This document shows, in pieces, positions 1-10,800 of a stretch of 64,000 nucleotides of DNA. The position numbers and the translations under genes were made by a program. The notes beneath the pieces were generated by a model. That model was not told the DNA's origin, made no database searches, and worked only from the letters and a program-made list of their open reading frames with translations. This stretch comes from Podarcis tiliguerta (taxonomy: Eukaryota): assembly GCA_965153285.1 (NCBI GenBank), contig OZ229119.1; one strand, written 5' to 3'. The stretch's first letter is position 1, and the number at the start of each line of letters is the position of its first letter.

Positions 1-154
1 GTTCAATTTCTCTTTAGTTTGAAAGTGTTGCGACAGGAAAACCAGCGAACTACCTGCACAGTCCAACTGGGGAGTGGGGGTACAGACCCCCACCTCCTAT
101 GGGAAAAGGGTGGCAACATGTGGAACTCTTACCCTGGAGAAAGGGTTAGGGGCA

Positions 155-585
155 ACATGACCTCAGTGTATAAAATCTTGCATGCCATGAAGTAGACAAA
201 GGTTATTCCTCTGTCTCTTGTAACACGAGAATTCATAGGCAGCATGGGCATCCAATGAAGCTGCACGTTGAAAGACCCAGGATACCAAAAATGAATAAAT
301 AAACTGTGGAACTTGCTGCCACAGGAAGCAGGGATGGCCACCAGCTTTAAAATAGAGAAATATGTGGAAGGTAAATGCTATCGATGGCAACTAGCCATTG
401 AGGGCTATGCGCTGCGTCGGAGGCTGTAGGCTTTTGAATACCTGCTGCCGGAAAGGGCAGGTGGAGTGTGTTCTTGTGATTGGGTCCTGCTTTGCCGCTT
501 CCCATAGGCATCTGGTTGGCCACTGAGAACAAGATGCTGGACTAGATCGACCAGTGGCTTGATGCAACATGCTCTCTTGTTATTA
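155..585 (+). mobile_element. CR1-type LINE 3' fragment (degenerate)
   Basis: Decayed ORF2 end (GGGCATCCAATGAAGCTG...TGGAACTTGCTGCCACAGGAAG) and squamate CR1-like 3'UTR (GGCATCTGGTTGGCCACTG...GATGCTGGACTAGAT); recognised from memory. Confidence 0.65.
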
Positions 586-954
586 ACAAAATGTTCTCCC
601 CCTTCCCAATGTGTGACTGTGGTTGAGGATTAGCCCATGTAAGTTGTTTCCCTTTGTGGCTCCAGGGTGTGCAGTAGATAAGAGTTAGCTCCGGTTCTCC
701 GGTGTATTTGTTTTTAATTTTAACCATCAATGGGGGGGAAATTCATGGGAAATGCGTCCAGTGGCCTACAGTTATTGTGCATGTATCGTCAAGCAAAACC
801 AACCGACCCCCACATTTGCACCAGCTTAATTAAAGACAATGGAAACAGGATATTTTTTTAAAACTTATATTCAAAATATCTTTGTATAAACAATGGCAAT
901 ACTACAGAGTAGTATTTTAATACAAATCAGTTCAATATTATTAACTGTTAAACT

Positions 955-960
955 TTTATT
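955..960 (-). terminator. Probable ZFC3H1 polyadenylation signal (AATAAA); second ATTAAA at 916-921
   Basis: Plus-strand TTTATT in an AT-rich 3'UTR-like block ~730 nt after the stop; U-rich sequence downstream on the minus strand. Confidence 0.6.
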
Positions 961-1191
961 ATAAATTAAAATTTCTTTACAAAAAATTGCACATAATAAA
1001 TTGACCACTCTTAGGTTCTGATGCACTGGCAATTGCAACTGTATCTTTAATCTTCAAGTTTAAGTCTCTGCCACAAGTCCAGAATGCAGAAAGGGCAGGA
1101 AACCACCCTCATTGAGCCTTCAAGTGCAAAAAGCATACTTGTGGCCATGGCAGTTACTTTCCTTAAGAGCGGCTGCTTTTGTTTTTATATC

Positions 1192-1450
1192 CTGCAATGA
1201 AAACGAATCTCCAAAACGAAACAAAAAGGGATTGGGAAAGAGGGTGGGGTGGGGTTGGGAGGAAAACAAAGTGGACCGATTCTTTTTGCTGTAAACTCAG
1301 CCCATATTTTTAGCCCCAAACACAGATCTCTCAGGCATCAGTGCGAGCGTCAAGTGAAATCAGGAACCGCACAAAAGAAAATGAAAAATCGAAAATAAAA
1401 TATAAAAATTAACACATTTAAAGTCTGTCATTGGGATGAACTATACTTAC
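1192..1450 (-). other. Candidate intron inside the ZFC3H1 3'UTR
   Basis: Minus-strand donor TAC|GTAAGT at 1450; long pyrimidine tract and TTTTCATTGCAG|G acceptor at 1192. Confidence 0.55.
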
Positions 1451-1689
1451 GTACATGATGTTATGAGAGTCTGGCAGGGCCCAGAAGCAGGCCATAGAGG
1501 ACATTCATTTATCCAAGGAGGCGATCATGTCAATTGTTTCCAGGTTCAAGGAAAGCAGGCCAGAGAGAGACTTGATATGCTCAGCTTTGCGCATCTGCTT
1601 TTCAGAGGCCTAAAGCCAGAGATCAGCCTGAAGAATCATTCAAATGATTTTGGCATTTAATAGGACTTAGCACTGACTGCACCCAGTGT

Positions 1690-1827
1690 TCAGCGATTCG
1701 TGCTTTCTGTTCTGTAAGTGTTTAAATTTAAAAGCTCATCTAGGCTGACTCCAACCTCTTGGCACTTGGAAACTAGTTTTCTCAGGTTATCAGTTTTACC
1801 TCCTCCTGATGCTTCAAACAGGAGCTG
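1690..1827 (-). CDS. ZFC3H1: ZFC3H1 exon 35 (last coding exon)
   Basis: QLLFEASGGGKTDNLRKLVSKCQEVGVSLDELLNLNTYRTESTNR*; TGA at 1690-1692; CAGCAG tandem acceptor. Confidence 0.94.
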   Translation of the reverse strand, partial: QLLFEASGGGKTDNLRKLVSKCQEVGVSLDELLNLNTYRTESTNR

Positions 1828-4800
1828 CTGTAAGAGATGGTGAAGCAGACATAAGATTTAGCCAGAGCTGGAATATCACCACATCAATGGACATGGGATA
1901 TGCAGAAAATTGAAATGAAACCTTAAACGGAAACATAAGGAGAAAACATTACATCTTTCCACAGGGTTGCGCAAAGAGGTAGCTTCTGAAAGGCTCTCTG
2001 ATATAAGTGATGGACCTGTAAAGAAGAGACAAGAATCAATCTAATGTTATCCCAACAAAACTTATGTTTGTTGCGCAACATGCACTTTTTCTGTCTTATG
2101 TGCCTGTAACACAGGTTAGGAATGGTGACGATATGGCAGGGAAATGCTTGAGGGCTACTGCTAGATTTAAAAGCTTTACATTTTTCAAAAAGTGCTTAGT
2201 TTTAAGGCCGTAGAGCAGACATGGAAGCCTGATGACAACATTGTAAATGCTTAGAAGCAAGTTAGTCCTATCTGTCCCCATTTCAAATTGACTGAATTGG
2301 TTTACTGTGTGCCATATATTCAAAAGTTTGTACTGATCACTGAAGACTTCTTTGTTGGATTTAAGCTTCTTTTGTTATTTAAAGGCTCTGCAATCCTACA
2401 CCCACTTACTGAGGAATTAATTGTTCTGATTTCTTATCCACCCTTCACAGTGAGGACTCATGGTGTAACTATTTAAAAATACAGTATTGACATCCGCTAA
2501 AAAAACAGCTATACTGGAGGGAACAAGATAGGTCCCAAATACATATCTCAGGCATCAAAGGACAGAGTAAAGAGGTGTGCCTTCATCAGCATGTGAAAAA
2601 TTACAGAATGAAGATGTCAGACACACTTCTGTAGCTCAGGGACTGCCAAATAAATTACCACTCCTTGGACACTTAGCTAGTTTGTAGGGAAGGAGACAGC
2701 TATTTGGGACCTAGGCCTCATTCAAATAATCAGGTTTTGCTTCTGACATGTACAGGATTGCATAGTAAATGAGCATTATGTGAACAAGTGGGAAGAATTA
2801 AGTATGTTAAATTAACATCCTAAGTGTCCTTGTGTTGGCACACTACTGTGTTTGAAAGCTAAAGGTAAAGGTACCCCTGCCCGTACGGGCCAGTCTTGCC
2901 AGACTCTAGGGTCCGCAGACACTTCCGAGTCACATGGCCAGCGTGACGAAGCTGCTCTGGCGAACCGGCACCAGAGCAGCACACGGAAACGCCGTTTACC
3001 TCCCGCTATAAAGCGGTACCTATTTATCTACTTGCACCCGGGGGTGCTTTCGAACTGCTAGGTTGGCAGGCGCTGGGACCAAACGACGGGAGCGCACCCC
3101 ACCGCGGGGATTTGAACCGCCGACCATGCGATCGGCAAGTCCTAGGCACTGAGGTTTTACCCACAGCGCCACCCGCGTCCCTCCCTGTTTCAACCAAGTC
3201 TGGCTCTAGCACATCGAGCCCCTGACAGAATTAACCTAAAAGGAAAAAAGACTTAGCCAGAACCTTTCTTCATCCTTGCCTTCATTTGATAACGGACACA
3301 ATTTCTGAGGAGCAGACCTCTTATTCTAAAGCTCGCTTAGCAAGAACACTGTTCTCAAGCTTCTTTTTTTTAAGGTGTAGACTAGTTCATTAAACTCAGG
3401 GGTGAGGCTAGTTAAGTATCTTTGCAACTGGCTATTTCAATAAGCTTTTCTTACATACCTCTCTCTGTCCCTTTAGAAAGCACTCAGCAGCAATGGCTCT
3501 GAAGGGAAGAAATAAAAATGACTTATTTTTTTGCAGAATACAGAATATCTTTATGGGAAGAACACTGAGTATGGGATGGAACTATAAAAGTCCTGGAAAG
3601 TAACAGACTAACTCCCAATGATGGTAATCTATAGTGAAGAGACAAAAAAGATCCATTTCATAAACAATCTTACATGAGCAAGACATTTCAGTTGTTCCCA
3701 TTATGTACAAACACTGCAGACAATGATCAGTTCATCACCACTGGATATTGCTATTATGATATATAAAGGGGAGGGTAGAAAGGAGGAGGGAAACAGAAGT
3801 CAATAATTTAATGGTAAACATTCCAAAGCAGCAACAATAAAATTCATCAACACATTTTCCTTACTTAGACACACAAGGCATACTTACTTCTGAAATATTT
3901 TTTGTATGGGAAGCAACAGTCCTCATTTTACGACATTAGTGCCAGGAATCTGTCTAAACCAAAGTTTGTGGAAAGACTGCAATAATGAAAAACCTTTCTA
4001 GCATAAAACCAAATTTGAAGGCCTACTTCAAATGTAGCTTTATGAAGCAAACCTTATTTTTTTAAAAAAAATTATCTATGTTAACAGGTGTATGACTGTT
4101 GAATTACATTTTCCAGATGGCCAGGCATGTTGGGATATTATATGTAAACATCTTGGCTTGTAGTTTCAGAATCTGGACATTGCTCTCTTCCCAGTGTTGT
4201 TGAAGCAGCCTGCAGTGACAAAGGAGCAAAGGGAAACATGTAAAGCAGTAATACTAAGCTCTTTTAAAAGCTTGAACAGGGGTGGGGGGAGGTGGGAGAA
4301 GAGGCGCAAGGGAGAGTACAGTTAGGGGGAAAAGAAAGTACACCCTCTGTTGTGGTTGTACACATCAGGACATCATATTGTATCATGGTTTATTTAACAA
4401 AAATAAAGCCCAAATGGAGAAGCCATGTGTGAAAAACTAAGTACACCTTATCACTCAATAGTGTGAAGAACCACCTTTAGCATCAATAACTTGAAATAAT
4501 CGTTTTCTGTATGACTTTCACAATAATAGTAGTTGTAATAATACTACAGTGGTGCCCCGCAAGACGAATGCCTCGCAAGACGGAAAACCCGCTAGACGAA
4601 AGGGTTTTCCATTTTTCAATGCGCTTCGCAGGACGAATTTCTCTATGGGCTTGCTTCGCAAGACGAAAATGTCTTGCGATTCTTGCGATTTTTTTTCGCT
4701 CCCCACCCCCTTATTCTAAGGCACTAAGCTGCTAATAGCCTTTTAGCAGCTAATCCGCTAATCCCTTAAGCCTTTAATAGCCGCTAAACCGCTAATAGCG

Positions 4801-7800
4801 CTAATCCGCTAATAGGGTTGCTTCGCAAGACGAAAAAACCGCAAGACGAAGAGACTCGCGGAACGGATTCTTTTCGTCTTGCGAGGCACCACTGTACTTT
4901 GGAATAACAGGTGAGGCCTCTCTGTCCAGTGTTCTTATAAACCTACTGTAGAATACTTGGCCTAAGAATGAGTCCCACAAACCCAGACGTAATGCCGGGG
5001 GTGGGGGTGGGGGTGGGGGAGGGGAGACTGTTCTATCTGGCAAACCAAAATGCTTGCCCTAATGTAATGATCACCTTAGAGCAAAGCTTCCCAAATTTTT
5101 CATGTTGGTGACACACTTTTTAGACACACATCATTTTGTGACACAGTAATTGAGTTTTACTAGCAAACTAACCCTTTTCCAGTCCCGGGAGGAGTGTTGA
5201 GAAAGTTTGGAAAGCTCTGCCTTAGGAGCAACACTAAATTCCTCTCCTCATGTTTTTTTGTTAACAAGTATTATTTCAGTTTGGAGGAAGGCTTAGAAAT
5301 CATATTATGTATTTATTCTCTTTGCTCTATACCAGGGTTTCCCAAACCTGGGTCTCCAAGCTGTTTTGGGATTATAACTCCCATCATTCAGTTAGCAGGA
5401 CGAGTGGTCAGGGATGAGGGGAATTGTAGTCCAAAAGCAGCTGGAGACCCAAGCCCTGCTCTAGACTATTTATTTTCAGATCTAATCTTTGTGAAGATTT
5501 TTTTTTTTCTTCAAAGAAAGCCCCACTCAGCCATCCAGCTTAGAAGATGGCAAGTAACTTTTTTAAAGGGCATCAGGGAAAACAGGTACTTGCTTCTAAA
5601 TGCTTCCGCCAATATTCTCTTACCTGAATGCAAGTCCAGGATTAGCAGGCATGGTAGAGCAAAATCTTTCCAATTCTTTGGAATGCTGAGACTTCGGAAT
5701 ACAACTCAGATAAAAGAAAATAACCTGTAAAGGTTAATTTTCAAGAAGTTAGATCATTCAAGCTGCCTGCTTTGTTCACAAATCCAACACTGATGGGCAC
5801 TCTCTCTTGAATTTGATGACGAAGACAGTGGCACTGAGTTAGTAGCAGCATCTACAAATAGCTCTTCCAGGTACCAGTGGCCCCAAAGATGAACCACAGC
5901 AAGAGGAACACAGGGGAATTTGCACTTTTCCAGCAAATGCTGGAGCCTTCAAAAAGTAGGGAGGGCCGATGGAAGAGACACCAGCTGAGGCAGCATTTCA
6001 GAGGTGTTAGCCAAGGATGATCTCCAAGCAGCCTAAGGAACCTGAAGGTCAGCTCTGAAAGGAAAGTGAGACAGACAACCCTTCCCTATACAGCAACACT
6101 AGGCTTCTACAGTTCGCCAATCCCCAGCCTACAAAACATTTTAGAGAAGTTGATACTCTACAAATTTAGCCACTGCGCAATGTGCACACACACTCTGCAG
6201 CAAGGAGCTTTTGTATATGTGTACAGTTCTCATTTCCCTTACAGAATTGGTCTTTTAGCGCACTATGTTGAACAAAATACTAAGGAAACCCTACATGTAT
6301 TTTAGCATAACGTATTTTATATACAGAGTCCTGTATCTGAATTACCAAAACACTTATACCTTGTTGTGGAATTCATAGTTGGTCCAGTAATCAGCGGTGC
6401 TAAATGGAATAGGGTAACGGGTGGGGACTGTAACAAGACATCTGTTCACAAGATCTGTAAAAAGCTTGAATTCTTGAACTTGATTGTTAGATCTGACAAC
6501 CTTGCCATTGATGAAAACAAGGTAACTGAAAAAGAAAGAAACCCCGGTGTGAACACTTCCAAATGCATTACTTTTACAGTTACAATGTCTCGTCATTTAA
6601 ACTTACTCTATCCAAATCTGCTGAACTATTTCCTCTTGCATAACTGCTCCCAGAGCTGCCTCATAAGCATCCACTGCATCGCCAGAACTTCCATGAAGAG
6701 ACTGGTATAAGCTATTTTTCATTGAAAGAAAACAGCATTAGCTTTTTTGAAACTGTTACATGCCTTTTGTGAAAGAAAAGGGCAACGGAGAAGCTTGACA
6801 TTATACGCAAGTATAAGCCAAAGAAAATTATCAGAGGTACAAAATGTTTCCTAGTTTTAAAAGTGTTTCAACACTTTAACTATTCACAGTGGTTAACAGG
6901 CAACAATTAATACTGAAATTAATGTAGTTAACGTAAGTCAGCAAAACAGCTCTTCATCTCTTTTTGACTGAATGTCTGCAAGAGAAATACTGTGGCCAAC
7001 AATGCAGATGATGAGAGTATTTTAGTAGAAATTCCTTACACTTTATGAATCTAAGCACTTGAAGAAAGGGATTTTGGCAGCTGCCTAAGTACTTCTAAGA
7101 AGTTCTCTCTTCCATTTATATATAATTCAAAACTAAAGTGTGGGACACAGGGCTCAAGCAGCACATCTGTCTTCTGATTTTAAACTTAGACACAGCCAAC
7201 TTCATGGTGTTTTAAGTAAAAAAATCACAACAGATGCTTGTAACACCAAACTGCAAACTAAATAGCATAAGAAAGGGCAAGCAAAGCAGTGCATGGTGTA
7301 TGTTCATGACATAAATACCAAAATCCTAAAGGATACTGGCAGAAACTAGGACAACCATGGCACTCCTTATATTTGCTCTTATTATATATAATACAAGATT
7401 AGCTGCCTCCTCTACAATCTGTAGTTCCCTACTTAGAAAGTGTTGCAATATTCAAAAAATTATCAGACTTTGGAAAAACTCACCAGTATATTTGCCACAA
7501 GTAAGGAATTTGCTGGTTTAAAAGCTCTTCTGTAAAGCTTCCCTTATACATAGGCGGTGTGAATTCAATTGGCATTGGGAAATTCAAAAAATATCTAGAA
7601 CAAAGAGTCCGTATTCAGTGTGACAAATGTTCACTACACCAAAACAATCCTAACCTGAAGCAATCTGAGCAAAGAGTGGACACACCACCTATGTGTATCT
7701 CCAAGCGAATGAGAGGCAGACTAGAATTTGGAAGAAGCGTATGGCAGCCACTGAAAATGGTAGCTGCTTGTCTAGTTTTCCCATCTGTAGCGTAGAGCAT

Positions 7801-10800
7801 AGCTGCGTTTCAAAATCATGATTTTCTGCATTCCCTTGCGCCAAGGATTACTGTGGTATCTAGTTTGATTCCAAGTGAAAACAAAACAGTGAAGGAGATA
7901 CCAAAGAAATGTATTTAAGCTATGCTTAATATGGTCTTAAAGAGATGTCTGAAGAAGGCTTTGTTATAATCCTTTCACAATCTTATGAGAACATATAAAT
8001 ATGTGTGATCCGCCCTGACACCTGCAGGTATACGGCGGTATACCAATTTTAATAATAATAATAAAATAATGCAACCCACTAATAAACTTTTTACCTCAAA
8101 TGGAGTGTTTGAATTAAGTTACAGAAACTCATAAGGTAACATAGGCTCCCATAACAACCCCACCTTAGGGTGCTGCAAGGCTTATTTCAAAAGCCTGAGG
8201 TGTTGCAGAAATCTATCTTCCTGTTTGCAGCATCAGTTTCAGCTACTTAACCTGGCTACCTCATATGTAAATGGGGTTTGTGCCAATAATTACAGGGTGC
8301 TAAAAGATTCTGGAAGAATATCTCAAGAAATAATAGCTTCTCTCGACATAGCTGTACACCACTTTTCTAAAAGTATTTGTCTACTTTTATATCACAAGCA
8401 CTAGTTGCCTTACACTCAACACACAAACTGACAAATAATAAAGTAACATGTGAATTGCTTTTCACTGTAATGAGAAATCTAAGGACAGCATCACCATAAA
8501 GTTCTGCAAGAAACTAAGGTTTGTGCAAAATGGCAGTGTGTAACGTAAGTGTTTTTACAAGTAACCATACAGAAATTTTATAAACGGAACCGAGCAACGC
8601 ATCACATAAACCGAGCTCATAGCAGCATGGAATGATTAGTTTGCTTGCCAGACTTACCGTAACAGATCCACAGGACTGTTGTCTCGAGTCACACTCTCAA
8701 AGAATGCTGCAACGAAGGCTTGCAACAGTGGAGGAATACTATCTGATCTATTCTGTCATGAGAGAGTAAGCGACATTGGACTAAAGTTACAAAATGTGAA
8801 GAGCAAATCAAACTTCTGCGTAATACATTTTAATGGCTCTTTCAAAACCATGAATGCAGATGGTGGGCAGACATTACCCAAAAGCAGAATGCTACCTAAA
8901 TTTTCTGCAGTGCTTCAAATGGTTAACATTCAAGGATGAACTTTTTCATCTCTCCATAGGTTAGATTCATCAGCTCACCCGTTTGCACGTTACAAAAGAA
9001 GGATAAAGAGTCATACACGACTGTTGCAACATCTGTGTCATATTCTAACGCCAGCGTGCCCCAACCGGATGTTTTCCTCTACAGCTCTCACCAACCAAGC
9101 TGGAGCCGATAACAGTTGAGTCCCAATCATCTGAAGAAGGCTGTTCTACATCGTCCAATAAACCACTCCCTTCAGATTCACATTCCAGCTTTTTTTTGTT
9201 TTTAGCATTTGTGGGCAACAACAACTTTAGGCAAAACAAAAACTCAGCTGCTTAAAGTCTGAAAATCAAACTCATGGTCAAATCCTTTCACTGTAATGTA
9301 CTCTGACTGTCACCATTTTGTATTAAATAAACTTGGGTTTCTCTCCAACCAGTTACAAAAAGCTAAATAAAGTCATTGGTGTTTTACCTGCAGAATGAAG
9401 AATTTGCACATAAAGTAGAAAACCTGGGCATTTTGAGGGTTTTTCTCAAATGCTGTAAGCCAAACGTCACATGCTTTTTCCATCTGGCCAGTCCGCAAGT
9501 ACAAACCAACTAGTGCTTCTAGCAGCCGACAGTCAATGGGGTTTAGTTTCAAGAGTGATTTACAAAGCTCAATAGCAGCTTCCCACCTTGAATGAAAACA
9601 GTGAAAAACAGCAATTACTTATCTTATTTTAAAAAAGACCGTGACCTAGAAGAACTTCCAAGACAATCTTGTGAACTATTACACTCTTTCCTATTACCTA
9701 TTCTTTTTTAATCATAACAATGGGCATGAACCTCCTTTCTTAGTGCTGATATATTCATCTGTGTTAATACCAGAAAAATGGGAAATTGTCACTCACCATG
9801 CATTTTTGTACAAAGGATTCTATTCAACTAAATTTTACCCAGAGGAGACCCATTTAAATTAATTGCCTTGGCTAACTCGCAGCAATTAATTATAGTGGTT
9901 CTACTCTGAGTAAAACCTAGTTGAATATAACCCATAATGCTTAACACAGCATATAAAAAATAGCAATTTTGCAAGTGACTTACCTTTCTAACAGCTGCTG
10001 CAAAATGACCATGTTTCTATATAGCGGAAGACAGAGAACTCCTCTTTCATCAGCTGCAGAATCCTCACTGGTGCATGACTGGATGGCATCTAAAAACAAG
10101 CAAACATTAAGTAAGATCACACATTCACAATTACAAAGCTTTACCGCAGAAAAAGCTTATAAGTTAATGTATAAATACACCTGTATTTTGTTGGGTTTGG
10201 GGGGGGGGATGGGGAGACAATGTAGTCATGCATTTCATTTCAGTCATTGTGCTTTAGAGTTTCTTTTAAGAGAAGAAGATGTAAATTATCCAAGCAGATA
10301 AAATTAAGTTTCCAGATCCCAATTCAAAAATACCAACTAATAATTATTATTATTAATTATTATTATTAATAATAATAATAATAATTTTAAAAACCAGATG
10401 AGATAAAATAAGATCTGAGCTCTTTCAAACTGTTAAGAAAGCAACAAAGCCAGTCTTCCAATTATCACTGATTATTCTCAAAGCAAAATTATTTTTTATG
10501 AACATTTAAAGAATTTCCTTTGTGTACATACATGTGCATTACTGAACATGGAGGATTACAGTAGGAAGTTGTGTCTTAGTTCAGTCACTTGTTGTAAACA
10601 GATTCCTCTTACTATTATTTACTACTGCCTTCCCTGCATGCTGCGCTCACAAGCCCCTTTTGCCCTTTCCACATTCTTGACCAACCCCCTTCCCTCTATC
10701 CCTTTACACACACACCCTCGCCTATCCTTCCACAGCTCACCCAAGCCCTCCCCCCTTTGGAAGGAGGGGGAGGCCCTTCACCCAGCTGCTTGCTAAAAAC

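Noticed and set aside
4725-4815. Repeat-spacer-like array (CRISPR-like appearance)
   Set aside because: Short irregular minisatellite inside a eukaryotic MITE, with no unique spacers or cas genes.
5194-5730. 178-aa plus-strand ORF
   Set aside because: Non-ATG start; made of a MITE plus the antisense of exon 31.
8753-9387. Intronic C/D-box snoRNA candidate (TGATGA near 8970)
   Set aside because: No suitably placed D box or terminal stem found.
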